Below, piece by piece: positions 42,120-57,544 of a DNA stretch of 64,000 nucleotides. The notes below the pieces were generated by a model that worked only from the letters and a program-made list of their open reading frames with translations, was not told where the DNA came from and did no database searches. The DNA lies in contig OZ024746.1 of the NCBI GenBank assembly GCA_964016885.1, positions 14,632,001 through 14,696,000 on the forward strand, read 5' to 3'. The DNA comes from Eledone cirrhosa. Its lineage: Eukaryota. The number at the start of each line of letters is the position of its first letter. The first letter of the stretch is position 1. The position numbers and the translations under genes are program-made.

Positions 42120-42400
42120 CTTTGGACCCTACCAATTCATATAAGGAAATACACTGACATTATTTTCAAAGAACATCAGGTAAAGCAATGTCTCTTAATC
42201 AATGCATCAAACAAATAACTATGTCTCCCTGGAAGAAACAAAGAAAGTATCCAGATATAAAGACCTAGAAATAAGACCTATCCAGAATAGGAGACTAAAA
42301 ACAAATATAATCTTCATACAAATATATAACCAAAATACAGAAACTTACACACACATACAGCAAACAGAAAAAGAACACATACAATATTCACAATATAAAT
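42120..42400 (+). mobile_element. Decayed R4/Dong-like LINE endonuclease fragment
   Basis: DIIFKEHQVKQCLLINAS / NYVSLEETKKVSRYKDLEI; parallels 7250-7450. Confidence 0.55.
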
Positions 42401-43129
42401 TTTAAAGTAACATGGCAAGCACCCAAAGCATAGAGTTGTACTTGGTGATGCAATGGAAGCTCACTAAAACATAAAAAATTACTAGAATACAGCACTTAAT
42501 CTATCACCACCAAATATACAAATAAATATATGCATATTTTAAGGTGTCTCAATCCTGCCACTGCTCGGTTTTCATGCACAAACTTCTTTAAGTATCATAC
42601 TAAATACAACAGATTTTAAGATTAAAATCAAAGGTACTTGCCACAACTTGAAATTACATGCTAGGTCTCACCATAAAGTTAATGAGCTTCCAGACATAGT
42701 ACAGCCTAGGTTTACAAACATGAAACATACTTAATCACATAAGTAAACAATGTTGAAGTCACCCTTCTAACAATATCCCCCATTCTACTTACACGGATGA
42801 GGACCAAATGGAGCAAACAAAACAGAAAATCATCTCTAATATGAAATTTGGCCTTGAGAAATATGCAAAAATCCCAATAAACAAAAACAAAAGAATTGCA
42901 GGACTTTAAGATTGAGGGTTTTATCACTTAAAACTGAAACAGTTTTATGCTAGTTGTTTGAAATAAAACTTTTTTAAGAAGTATGAAATAAAACTTTTTT
43001 AAGAAGTACTTTATGTCTACTGAACAAAATAAAAGCTACTAACAAAGTTGTTACAAATGTTTAGACATACCAATCATGATGGTATTTGCTGATCTCGCAT
43101 ACTCAACATAGCAAAGACTGCATTTCAAA

Positions 43130-43500
43130 GACTGAGATTTCCTCTTCAGGATCAGAAAATATTGAAATATTTCAGCTCCCAATATCCATATACAATACTC
43201 AGATGAGACCCACTATAGAATACTGCTCTTACATTTAGGATAGTATTGCAACTACACATACAGACATGTTAAACTACATTCTCAAAAAGGCCATCTAACT
43301 GATCGGCATGAAGTCACTTACCAATAAATTCTAGCTTCAACAAACCAGAAATCAGATGGCATGTGATGCTCTGATCAGAGTTATCTACCAGTGTACTTCA
43401 CCAGTCTCTCATCTGTAAGATCATAATTGTCTCACCATTCTTTTAAAGTATGTATTAATTAAGAATGTTCTCTTTGTAACCTCAGAGAACTCTCTAACTC
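43130..43500 (+). mobile_element. Possible CR1/L2-like LINE 3' remnant
   Basis: IYNTQMRPTIEYCSYI motif resembles the CR1-group post-RT region. Confidence 0.45.
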
Positions 43501-44299
43501 TCAATAAATCTATAAACACAGTAAAACCTCAGGGTTTACACAACCTTTCCTTCTGTAAACCAGTGTTACCTCTAATCACAAAGAGACTCCTATGCACATA
43601 ATGTAACTTTCACTCCTCAATCTTTTCCACACACAACACACTAGCTATATACTAATTCAATAAAGCTCACCAATGGGGACATGACAACACAATCTCATTC
43701 AAGAGCACCAAAACACATTCACCACACATATACAGTATAAATGCTTGCAACACACAAATAGAACCTCCAAAAGTTTTACATCATGTTAGATGTTTAATCC
43801 TTAATGTTTTTCATTGTAATTACACATCTATAACAATATTGGAGGTAGCAACTATAATGATGACAATGATGACAAGACTGCACTTCAAAAGTTATAGACT
43901 TTCTCTTCAGAATCTAGAAGTATACAGCTCAAAACAGTTGCCAACCAACAAAACGCAATTGAAACCCACAACACTAACCTTAACCAACATCGATCCTACT
44001 ATTCCAACCCAATCACAGATTTTGTCTGTAGCCTTTTAGCAGTTTGTCTTGCAGGGACCCACATTGTCCTTCTATGTTATAAATCTTTACCTGCTATTCA
44101 TTAAGTGTCTAGCAGAGCATCCCTGAATTTGTTACCAGCTGAGGACTCTCTGAGACCTCACTCAGTCCTTCTCCAAATTGTCTTCTATCTAAATTAAATT
44201 GTGTGGTACACTCTTCCCCAGGGAGGGACTTTATATTTACAATCAGGAGTCTATCATATAATTAAAAAGGATAGTCAATTTATCAAAGAAGATATTTAC

Positions 44300-44434
44300 C
44301 GATTCACAGCAGAGTCAGTTCGAATAGTCACAATTGGAGAGCTCATATTCTTTAAATCCCAGACTTTCACAGTTCGGTCATCACTTCCAGAAACTACTTT
44401 ATCAACACCAGCAAATACTGATGATGTTACAGGT
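44300..44434 (-). CDS. WDR37: WDR37 exon
   Basis: tttcag|(Q)[44 protein letters not shown](R)|gtaaat; 135 bp, phase 2 to 2. Confidence 0.96.
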
Positions 44435-44579
44435 CTGAAATTACACAAATAACAAAATGTATTATAAATCAGTAATTACTCAGAGATACTTCCAATAACA
44501 CATTCTAAAATAAATTTTTCTATTACTAAATAGATTCAAATAGTATTATTAATTCAGCCTATCATCATGGATAAAAGGA

Positions 44580-47500
44580 CATAATGATGACAATACTGGA
44601 GGTAGCAACCATAATGATGACAATACTGGAGGTAGCAACCATAATGATGACAATACTGGAGGTAGCAACCATAATGATGACAATACTGGAGGTAGCAACA
44701 ACTATAATGATGACAATACTGGAGGTAGCAACTATAATGATGACAATACTGGAGGTAGCAACAACCATAATGATGACAATACTGAAGGTAGCAACTATAA
44801 TGATGACAATACTGGAGGTAGCAACCATAATGATGACAATACTGGAGGTAGCAACAACTATAATGATGACAATACTGGAGGTAGCAACTATAATGATGAC
44901 AATACTGGAGGTAGCAACTATAATGATGACAATACTGGAGGTAGCAACCATAATGATGACAATACTGGAGGTAGCAACTATAATGATGACAATACTGGAG
45001 GTAGCAACAACCATAATGATGACAATACTGGAGGTAGCAACCATAATGATGACAATACTGGAGGTAGCAACTATAATGATGACAATACTGGAGGTAGCAA
45101 CAACCATAATGATGACAATACTGGAGGTAGCAACCATAATGATGACAATACTGGAGGTAGCAACAACTATAATGATGACAATACTGGAGGTAGCAACCAT
45201 AATGATGACAATACTGGAGGTAGCAACTATAATGATGACAATACTGGAGGTAGCAACAACCATAATGATGACAATACTGGAGGTAGCAACCATAATGATG
45301 ACAATACTGGAGGTAGCAACAACTATAATGATGACAATACTGGAGGTAGCAACCATAATGATGACAATACTGGAGGTAGCAACCATAATGATGACAATAC
45401 TGGAGGTAGCAACAACCATAATGATGACAATACTGGAGGTAGCAACCATAATGATGACAATACTGGAGGTAGCAACCATAATGATGACAATACTGGAGGT
45501 AGCAACCATAATGATGACAATACTGGAGGTAGCAACAACCATAATGATGACAATACTGGAGGTAGCAACTATAATGATGACAATACTGGAGGTAGCAACT
45601 ATAATGATGACAATACTGGAGGTAGCAACTATAATGATGACAATACTGGAGGTAGCAACTATAATGATGACAATACTGGAGGTAGCAACAACTATAATGA
45701 TGACAATACTGGAGGTAGCAACCATAATGATGACAATACTGGAGGTAGCAACAACCATAATGATGACAATACTGGAGGTAGCAACTATAATGATGACAAT
45801 ACTGGAGGTAGCAACTATAATGATGACAATACTGGAGGTAGCAACCATAATAATGACAATACTGGAGGTAGCAACAACTATAATGATGACAATACTGGAG
45901 GTAGCAACAACTATAATGATGACAATACTGGAGGTAGCAACTATAATGATGACAATACTGGAGGTAGCAACTATAATGATGACAATACTGGAGGTAGCAA
46001 CCATAATGATGACAATACTGGAGGTAGCAACCATAATGATGACAATACTGGAGGTAGCAACAACCATAATGATGACAATACTGGAGGTAGCAACTATAAT
46101 GATGACAATACTGGAGGTAGCAACTATAATGATGACAATACTGGAGGTAGCAACTATAATGATGACAATACTGGAGGTAGCAACTATAATGATGACAATA
46201 CTGGAGGTAGCAACAACTATAATGATGACAATACTGGAGGTAGCAACCATAATGATGACAATACTGGAGGTAGCAACAACCATAATGATGACAATACTGG
46301 AGGTAGCAACTATAATGATGACAATACTGGAGGTAGCAACTATAATGATGACAATACTGGAGGTAGCAACCATAATAATGACAATACTGGAGGTAGCAAC
46401 AACTATAATGATGACAATACTGGAGGTAGCAACAACTATAATGATGACAATACTGGAGGTAGCAACTATAATGATGACAATACTGGAGGTAGCAACTATA
46501 ATGATGACAATACTGGAGGTAGCAACCATAATGATGACAATACTGGAGGTAGCAACTATAATGATGACAATACTGGAGGTAGCAACAACCATAATGATGA
46601 CAATACTGGAGGTAGCAACTATAATGATGACAATACTGGAGGTAGCAACAACCATAATGATGACAATACTGGAGGTAGCAACAACCATAATGATGACAAT
46701 ACTGGAGGTAGCAACAACCATAATGATGACAATACTGGAGGTAGCAACAACCATAATGATGACAATACTGGAGGTAGCAACTATAATGATGACAATACTG
46801 GAGGTAGCAACTATACTGATGACAATACTGGAGGTAGCAACTATAATGATGACAATACTGGAGGTAGCAACAACCATAATGATGACAATACTGGAGGTAG
46901 CAACTATAATGATGACAATACTGGAGGTAGCAACTATAATGATGACAATACTGGAGGTAGCAACAACCATAATGATGACAATACTGGAGGTAGCAACAAC
47001 CATAATGATGACAATACTGGAGGTAGCAACAACTATAATGATGACAATACTGGAGGTAGCAACAACTATAATGATGACAATACTGGAGGTAGCAACCATA
47101 ATGATGACAATACTGGAGGTAGCAACTATAATGATGACAATACTGGAGGTAGCAATAACCATAATGATGACAATACTGGAGGTAGCAACAACTATAATGA
47201 TGACAATACTGGAGGTAGCAACAACTATAATGATGACAATACTGGAGGTAGCAACAACTATAATGATGACAATACTGGAGGTAGCAACTATAATGATGAC
47301 AATACTGGAGGTAGCAACAACTATAATGATGACAATACTGGAGGTAGCAACCATAATGATGACAATACTGGAGGTAGCAACAACCATAATGATGACAATA
47401 CTGAAGGTAGCGACTATAATGATGACAATACTGGAGGTAGCAACTATAATGATGACAATACTGGAGGTAGCAACTATAATGATGACAATACTGGAGGTAG

Positions 47501-50500
47501 CAACAACCATAATGATGACAATACTGGAGGTAGCAACTATAATGATGACAATACTGGAGGTAGCAATAACCATAATGATGACAATACTGGAGGTAGCAAC
47601 TATAATGATGACAATACTGGAGGTAGCAACAACTATAATGATGACAATACTGGAGGTAGCAACAACTATAATGATGACAATACTGGAGGTAGCAACTATA
47701 ATGATGACAATACTGGAGGTAGCAACTATAATGATGACAATACTGGAGGTAGCAACAACTATAATGATGACAATACTGGAGGTAGCAATAATCATAATGA
47801 TGACAATACTGGAGATAGCAACAACTATAATGATGACAATACTGGAGGTAGCAATAACCATAATGATGACAATACTGGAGGTAGCAACCATAATGATGAC
47901 AATACTGGAGGTAGCAACAACTATAATGATGACAATACTGGAGGTAGCAACAACTATAATGATGACAATACTGGAGGTAGCAATAACCATAATGATGACA
48001 ATACTGGAGGTAGCAACTATAATGATGACAATACTGGAGGTAGCAACAACTATAATGATGACAATACTGGAGGTAGCAACCATAATGATGACAATACTGG
48101 AGGTAGCAACAACTATAATGATGACAATACTGAAGGTAGCAACTATAATGATGACAATACTGGAGGTAGCAACTATAATGATGACAATACTGGAGGTAGC
48201 AACTATAATGATGACAATACTGGAGGTAGCAACAACCATAATGATGACAATACTGGAGGTAGCAACTATAATGATGACAATACTGGAGGTAGCAATAACC
48301 ATAATGATGACAATACTGGAGGTAGCAACTATAATGATGACAATACTGGAGGTAGCAACAACTATAATGATGACAATACTGGAGGTAGCAACCATAATGA
48401 TGACAATACTGGAGGTAGCAACTATAATGATGACAATACTGGAGGTAGCAACAACTATAATGATGACAATACTGGAGGTAGCAACAACTATAATGATGAC
48501 AATACTGGAGGTAGCAACTATAATGATGACAATACTGGAGGTAGCAACAACTATAATGATGACAATACTGGAGGTAGCAACAACTATAATGATGACAATA
48601 CTGGAGGTAGCAACAACTATAATGATGACAATACTGGAGGTAGCAACTATAATGATGACAATACTGGAGGTAGCAACTATAATGATGACAATACTGGAGG
48701 TAGCAACAACTATAATGATGACAATACTGGAGGTAGCAACTATAATGATGACAATACTGGAGATAGCAACAACTATAATGATGACAATACTGGAGGTAGC
48801 AACAACTATAATGATGACAATACTGGAGGTAGCAACAACTATAATGATGACAATACTGGAGGTAGCAACCATAATGATGACAATACTGGAGGTAGCAACA
48901 GCCATAATGATGACAATACTGGAGGTAGCAACTATAATGATGACAATACTGGAGGTAGCAACAACCATAATGATGACAATACTGGAGGTAGCAACCATAA
49001 TGATGACAATACTGGAGGTAGCAACAACCATAATGATGACAATACTGGAGGTAGCAACAACCATAATGATGACAATACTGGAGGTAGCAACAGCCATAAT
49101 GATGACAATACTGGAGGTAGCAACTATAATGATGACAATACTGGAGGTAGCAACAACCATAATGATGACAATACTGGAGGTAGCAACAACCATAATGATG
49201 ACAATACTGGAGGTAGCAACAGCCATAATGATGACAATACTGGAGGTAGCAACTATAATGATGACAATACTGGAGGTAGCAACAACCATAATGATGACAA
49301 TACTGGAGGTAGCAACCATAATGATGACAATACTGGAGGTAGCAACAGCCATAATGATGACAATACTGGAGGTAGCAACTATAATGATGACAATACTGGA
49401 GGTAGCAACAACCATAATGATGACAATACTGGAGGTAGCAACTATAATGATGACAATACTGGAGGTAGCAACTATAATGATGACAATACTGGAGGTAGCA
49501 ACAACCATAATGATGACAATACTGGAGGTAGCAACTATAATGATGACAATACTGGAGGTAGCAACTATAATGATGACAATACTGGAGGTAGCAACAACCA
49601 TAATGATGACAATACTGGAGGTAGCAACTATAATGATGACAATACTGGAGGTAGCAACTATAATGATAACAATACTGGAGGTAGCAACAACCATAATGAT
49701 GACAATACTGGAGGTAGCAACTATAATGATGACAATACTGGAGGTAGCAACAACCATAATGATGACAATACTGGAGGTAGCAACTATAATGATGACAATA
49801 CTGGAGGTAGCAACAACCATAATGATGACAATACTGGAGGTAGCAACTATACTGATGACAATACTGGAGGTAGCAACTATAATGATGACAATACTGGAGG
49901 TAGCAACAACCATAATGATGACAATACTGGAGGTAGCAACTATAATGATGACAATACTGGAGGTAGCAACTATAATGATGACAATACTGGAGGTAGCAAC
50001 AACCATAATGATGACAATACTGGAGGTAGCAACAACCATAATGATGACAATACTGGAGGTAGCAACAACTATAATGATGACAATACTGGAGGTAGCAACA
50101 ACTATAATGATGACAATACTGGAGGTAGCAACCATAATGATGACAATACTGGAGGTAGCAACTATAATGATGACAATACTGGAGGTAGCAACTATAATGA
50201 TGACAATACTGGAGGTAGCAACTATAATGATGACAATACTGGAGGTAGCAATAACCATAATGATGACAATACTGGAGGTAGCAACAACTATAATGATGAC
50301 AATACTGGAGGTAGCAACAACTATAATGATGACAATACTGGAGGTAGCAACAACCATAATGATGACAATACTGGAGGTAGCAACTATAATGATGACAATA
50401 CTGGAGGTAGCAACTATAATGATGACAATACTGGAGGTAGCAACAACCATAATGATGACAATACTGGAGGTAGCAACAACCATAATGATGACAATACTGG

Positions 50501-53500
50501 AGGTAGCAACAACTATAATGATGACAATACTGGAGGTAGCAACAACTATAATGATGACAATACTGGAGGTAGCAACCATAATGATGACAATACTGGAGGT
50601 AGCAACCATAATGATGACAATACTGGAGGTAGCAACTATAATGATGACAATACTGGAGGTAGCAACTATAATGATGACAATACTGGAGGTAGCAATAACC
50701 ATAATGATGACAATACTGGAGGTAGCAACAACTATAATGATGACAATACTGGAGGTAGCAACAACTATAATGATGACAATACTGGAGGTAGCAACAACTA
50801 TAATGATGACAATACTGGAGGTAGCAACTATAATGATGACAATACTGGAGGTAGCAACAACTATAATGATGACAATACTGGAGGTAGCAACAACTATAAT
50901 GATGACAATACTGGAGGTAGCAATAACCATAATGATGACAATACTGGAGGTAGCAACTATAATGATGACAATACTGGAGGTAGCAACAACTATAATGATG
51001 ACAATACTGGAGGTAGCAACCATAATGATGACAATACTGGAGGTAGCAACTATAATGATGACAATACTGGAGGTAGCAACTATAATGATGACAATACTGG
51101 AGGTAGCAACCATAATGATGACAATACTGGAGGTAGCAACTATAATGATGACAATACTGGAGGTAGCAACCATAATGATGACAATACTGGAGGTAGCAAC
51201 AACCATAATGATGACAATACTGGAGGTAGCAACAACCATAATGATGACAATACTGGAGGTAGCAACTATAATGATGACAATACTGGAGGTAGCAACAACC
51301 ATAATGATGACAATACTGGAGGTAGCAACCATAATGATGACAATACTGGAGGTAGCAACAACCATAATGATGACAATACTGGAGGTAGCAACAACCATAA
51401 TGATGACAATACTGGAGGTAGCAACTATAATGATGACAATACTGGAGGTAGCAACTATAATGATGACAATACTGGAGGTAGCAACAACCATAATGATGAC
51501 AATACTGGAGGTAGCAACTATAATGATGACAATACTGGAGGTAGCAACAACCATAATGATGACAATACTGGAGGTAGCAACAACCATAATGATGACAATA
51601 CTGGAGGTAGCAACTATAATGATGACAATACTGGAGGTAGCAACTATAATGATGACAATACTGGAGGTAGCAATAACCATAATGATGACAATACTGGAGG
51701 TAGCAACTATAATGATGACAATACTGGAGGTAGCAACTATAATGATGACAATACTGGAGGTAGCAACAACCATAATGATGACAATACTGGAGGTAGCAAC
51801 TATAATGATGACAATACTGGAGGTAGCAACAACCATAATGATGACAATACTGGAGGTAGCAACAACCATAATGATGACAATACTGGAGGTAGCAACCATA
51901 ATGATGACAATACTGGAGGTAGCAACAACCATAATGATGACAATACTGGAGGTAGCAACTATAATGATGACAATACTGGAGGTAGCAACAACCATAATGA
52001 TGACAATACTGGAGGTAGCAACAACCATAATGATGACAATACTGGAGGTAGCAACCATAATGATGACAATACTGGAGGTAGCAACAACCATAATGATGAC
52101 AATACTGGAGGTAGCAACTATAATCATGACAATACTGAAGGTAGCAACTATAATGATGACAATACTGGAGGTAGCAACTATAATGATGACAATACTGGAG
52201 GTAGCAATAACCATAATGATGACAATACTGGAGGTAGCAACTATAATGATGACAATACTGGAGGTAGCAACTATAATGATGACAATACTGGAGGTAGCAA
52301 CAACCATAATGATGACAATACTGGAGGTAGCAACTATAATGATGACAATACTGGAGGTAGCAACTATAATGATGACAATACTGGAGGTAGCAACAACCAT
52401 AATGATGACAATACTGGAGGTAGCAACTATAATGATGACAATACTGGAGGTAGCAACTATAATGATGACAATACTGGAGGTAGCAACAACCATAATGATG
52501 ACAATACTGGAGGTAGCAACTATAATGATGACAATACTGGAGGTAGCAACTATAATGATGACAATACTGGAGGTAGCAACAACCATAATGATGACAATAC
52601 TGGAGGTAGCAACTATAATGATGACAATACTGGAGGTAGCAACTATAATGATGACAATACTGGAGGTAGCAACAACTATAATGATGACAATACTGGAGGT
52701 AGCAACTATAATGATGACAATACTGGAGGTAGCAACTATAATGATGACAATACTGGAGGTAGCAACAACTATAATGATGACAATACTGGAGGTAGCAACA
52801 ACCATAATGATGACAATACTGGAGGTAGCAACAACTATAATGATGACAATACTGGAGGTAGCAACAACCATAATGATGACAATACTGGAGGTAGCAACAA
52901 CTATAATGATGACAATACTGGAGGTAGCAACAACCATAATGATGACAATACTGGAGGTAGCAACAACCATAATGATGACAATACTGGAGGTAGCAACAAC
53001 CATAATGATGACAATACTGGAGGTAGCAACAACCATAATGATGACAATACTGGAGGTAGCAACAACTATAATGATGACAATACTGGAGGTAGCAACAACC
53101 ATAATGATGACAATACTGGAGGTAGCAACAACTATAATGATGACAATACTGGAGGTAGCAACAACCATAATGATGACAATACTGGAGGTAGCAACAACCA
53201 TAATGATGACAATACTGGAGGTAGCAACAACCATAATGATGACAATACTGGAGGTAGCAACAACCATAATGATGACAATACTGGAGGTAGCAACAACTAT
53301 AATGATGACAATACTGGAGGTAGCAACAACCATAATGATGACAATACTGGAGGTAGCAACAACTATAATGATGACAATACTGGAGGTAGCAACAACCATA
53401 ATGATGACAATACTGGAGGTAGCAACAACTATAATGATGACAATACTGGAGGTAGCAACAACTATAATGATGACAATACTGGAGGTAGCAACAACCATAA

Positions 53501-53605
53501 TGATGACAATACTGGAGGTAGCAACAACTATAATGATGACAATACTGGAGGTAGCAACAACTATAATGATGACAATACTGGAGGTAGCAACTATAATGAT
53601 GACAA
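44580..53605. repeat. 9-kb 30/33-bp minisatellite (Yataatgatgacaatactggaggtagcaac[aac])n in a WDR37 intron, roughly 285 units
   Basis: Directly visible; source of the 3018-aa and 2977-aa ORFs. Confidence 0.98.
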
Positions 53606-54489
53606 CTTCAGTTCTGTTCTACAAAATTCAGCACAACTGAAGCAATTTTCCCGTAGTCCAGTTGTTGTTCTATTCATATTGTTCAACAACACATTTTCTC
53701 AAGATAGAAACTTTACCTGTTCTAAAGAGCATAAGACCATACATTTATTTGTTTATATTTTAGTGAATCAATCTTAGTATTTTACTGGTTCTTACATGAA
53801 TAACAAAGTTGGTCTTGGAAGCTTCAAATTAAGAATGTAGAAAAACAAGGTCAAATTTAGGCAGTTACTCAAACATTCTTCTCTTTCTAATGACATAAAA
53901 AAACAGTTGTTTCAATATGATTGAGAAAAAATGTTATTAATAGTTTCCAAACTAATTTGGATTAACCTTTGTTTTTTAATAAAATATTTTAAAACTAAAC
54001 ACTTTTCTCAATGATATTTGCCAGGAAGATAAATATTCTGAAATAATCATAAAATACCCTGTATTAAGTCTGCAATGAAATACTTTTATTGTGATTTATA
54101 TGAACAAGTCTATTACAGAAGAGTTTATTATTGGTGTTGACAAACATTACAAATAAAAGAATTATGAATGCAAGAGAAAATGTTTTTTTTTATATTTAAT
54201 TGAGTAATTTATAAATTATAGAGAGTAATAATAAAATATAATTTAGGCAGTCTTGATGAGAACGAATACCAAAATAAGTTAACTATAAGTTTAGGATTAT
54301 AAACTGAACAGTGAAAACAAGGAAATCCAAGTAAATAAAAACAATATTATTTTGAAACCAAACATGATTTTGTTCTATTAATTTCATTCTTCTTTCTGAA
54401 TTGTATAGCCATAGTATAATTTTCCTTTAAATAAAAGATTATACTGGAAGAGTATATTTTCCAAATAAGACCACCTGTCTATAGATGTA

Positions 54490-54698
54490 GTAATAATGGT
54501 TTCTGATTCAGTCATAGGAGGAGGGACAAGTTCATTAAATCAACCCCAGTACATTACTGGTGTTTTATTTTATTGACCCCTTAAGGATGAAAGGCAAAGT
54601 AAACCTCAGCAAGATTTGAACTCAGAACGTAATGGAACGTAACTATATACCACAAAGCATATTGTCCGACAATCTACCGATACTGCCATTCCACTGCC
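54490..54698 (-). mobile_element. tRNA-derived SINE copy
   Basis: Same core (aaggatgaaaggcaaagt...gatttgaactcag) and head. Confidence 0.8.
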
Positions 54699-56699
54699 CT
54701 TTTATATGTAGTAATAACAATAATAAATACATACAAACAATATTGTCTTTGTTGCCCAAAATATAAAGAAATAAAAAAAAAAGGTTCACCTAATTATTTC
54801 CCCTTCTCATTGAATCAACTTAGCAAAGATGTGACACTGGGTTCCGTCCTGATATACAACACCTTAAAGAAATACCTCATCTACTAATGTCTTGAATTGA
54901 CTAATGCTTTGTGAGTGGAATCTAGTAAACGGAAACTGCAAAAGCCTGTTGGGTCATCATCAACATCATCATCATTACCATTTAATGCCTATTTTCCATG
55001 TTTACATTGGTTAGACAAGCTGTCACGTAATGAAGCTAGATAGATCAGGTGACTATATCTTGCTCGTACAATCTGTCATAGGCTTAGTTTTCTACAGCTG
55101 GATGTCCTTCCTAATACCAACCACATTATAGTGTGTACTAGGAGTTTTTTTTCTGGCACCAACACTACCACCTTATAGGGTGAACTGGGTGCTTTTTTTT
55201 GTTATGGCATCAGCATGTATGTGTATTTATGTATGTGTCTGTATCTATGTTTACATTAGTGTCTGTGTCTGGATTTTATTACCTGTAACTTAGCAGTTCA
55301 ACAAAAAAAAGAGATCGATAAATTAAGCATCAGACTTGAAAAGATAAGTACTGGGGTCAATACGATCTACTTAATCAAAGATATGAACAATTAATAAAAG
55401 AATTAATATTAAAATTACAAAGATTCTAATTACACGATTATTTAAAGGTATTCAAAATATTTCCAGTAATAATGATCCCTGTTATATTAACTTAGTAAAA
55501 CAAAAAATAAAATTTAATGATCAAATTTAAGAACTAAAATATCAAAATTTCTTCATTTTCAGCATAGCTGACTTTTTTGCAGGTTCATGTATGTTTACCT
55601 TATATCATAAAATCAGCCTAATTTCAAAGAGTAACTCCATTATTGTAATTAATTATAAAATATTATAATATATTACTTACAATTAACCATAATAACCATA
55701 ATATATACAAAGAAAAGGGCACTCAATACATTATGTGGAGTATTTATTTTTGTAGTTTAGCAGTCAATGACTCCCACAAACTTTCCTTTCCTAGACATAC
55801 AGACATATGTCTAATTTTCAGATATCAATAGAAAGAGTAGTATAAGTGATAATAAAACAGAAAAGAGGCTTTTTGTTGATCACTACTTAGCTGGGCTCTC
55901 ATTAGATACGCCAGGTTTTATAATAGTCGATAGCTATATGTCGAAATGTTGAAAAATGTAAGGGGAAGAACTCTGCTGAGACTGAATTTCATCATTGGCA
56001 AGGGTCGTAACTTTTTAGTTATCTTTGGAATTATATTTTATATTCTTTGATGTGAACTAAAACAAGATGATAGTAGAAGGAAATCATTTAGGATTTCTTG
56101 TTGAGTGATACCCTAGATAACTTTCGGATGGCAGTTATGCAATCCACTGGAGTATATTAGAGCAGTTATATCTTTAGTCCTTGATACAATCTGGTGGAGT
56201 GAGTGTAGATCTAAATAACACAGCCTTAGAAAGGCAGCTTTTCCCCAGCAGACAACAGCCCCAATCTCACTACTTGTAAGTCAAGCTGAGACAGCAACAG
56301 TCTTATATGCAACAAGAAAAAGTTGAGGTAATCATCATTATCATCGCTTAACATCTATTTTCCATGCTAGCATGGGTTAGTGCAAATGTTTTTTCACTTG
56401 TGATGTGCAATAATGGAAGCAATGTTATCCAGACAAGAATCACTAACTTTAACACTGTGTACATTGGAAAGTATCAATAGCTTTCTAAAAGTAGAAGTTT
56501 TGTTATTAAAGTGAAATATTTAACGCATGGCGTAGATATAATGTTAGTATTTAGTATTTGCAAAGGAAATAAGAGGCTTGAGAAATTGCTATACATGTTT
56601 GCATTAAAAGGTTTCTACATCATACAACTATTACATGAGGTGTATGTGTAAAAAATAGGGTAGCATACAGCAATAAAATATAATCAGTAAATTCTGATC

Positions 56700-57121
56700 A
56701 CACTACCGTTACACTGTAAAGTGGTCGTGTAGGTTTCCTGACAAAAGGGATCCAGCCAACATTGTAAAGTGGTTGTGTAGGTGTCACAACAAAAACCACC
56801 CAGCCCAAACTGTAAAGTATTCGCGTAGGTGTCACGACAAAAAGCACCCAGACCACACTGTAAAGTGGTCTTGTAAGTGTCGTGACAAAAAGCATCCAGC
56901 CCACACTGTAAAGTGGTTGTGTAGGTGTCACAACAAACAGTGCCCAGTACTCACTGTAAATGAGGTTGGTGTTAGGAAGGGCATCCAACAGTAGAAATCA
57001 AGCCAGAAACAGTTCTGTATGAGCAAGACATGGTCAAATGATCCAACCTGCCTCAAACGAGACAAACTATTTAACCCATGCTAGCGTGGAAAAAATTGAT
57101 GTTAAACGATGATGATGATGA
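56700..57121 (+). mobile_element. RTE 3' UTR fragment with about six internal ~45-bp tandem units and (GAT)n tail
   Basis: Repeated cacactgtaaagtggttgtgtaggtgtcac..aaaa.cacccagc; ends cccatgctagcgtgga...gttaaacgatgatgatg. Related tails at ~31340-31460, 54955-55200 (-) and 62700-62860 (-). Confidence 0.8.
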
Positions 57122-57297
57122 CAGTATATCTGCAGCAACTACATGGAAACAGGCTTTTGAATGTGCAGTCTTACATTATAAGGTGTCCAACATGAATGAA
57201 GAAAGCTAGTGTGGATTTATAATAGAATGAAGATCAGGAGGAACAGTGACATAAAGCTAATTCCATCCACTCTATTTATGGATAAAAGATTACTTAC

Positions 57298-57436
57298 TGA
57301 GTATGTCCTTGAAAAACATTGACTTCCAAAGAAGGATCCCTCATATCCCATAATCTAAATGTTGTATCTTTGGAAGATGTTACAACAAGTCGTTGAGCTG
57401 GATGTGCACAAACATCTGTCAACTCTTGGTGATGCC
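57298..57436 (-). CDS. WDR37: WDR37 exon
   Basis: ttcag|(G)[45 protein letters not shown](Q)|gtaagt; 139 bp, phase 1 to 2. Confidence 0.96.
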
Positions 57437-57544
57437 CTGAATAAAACAGAAATAAAAATTCTCTTTATCATCATTATTATTATTAATAATATTATAAATT
57501 ATGAATACTAATTTGAGACAGAAAAGAGAAACAAGCCCACTGAT

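Noticed and set aside
44565-53640. 3018-aa (MMTILEVAT) and 2977-aa (VVATSSIVII) ORFs as genes
   Set aside because: Pure translations of a minisatellite with almost no unique sequence; they lie in an intron whose flanking WDR37 exons splice in frame without them.
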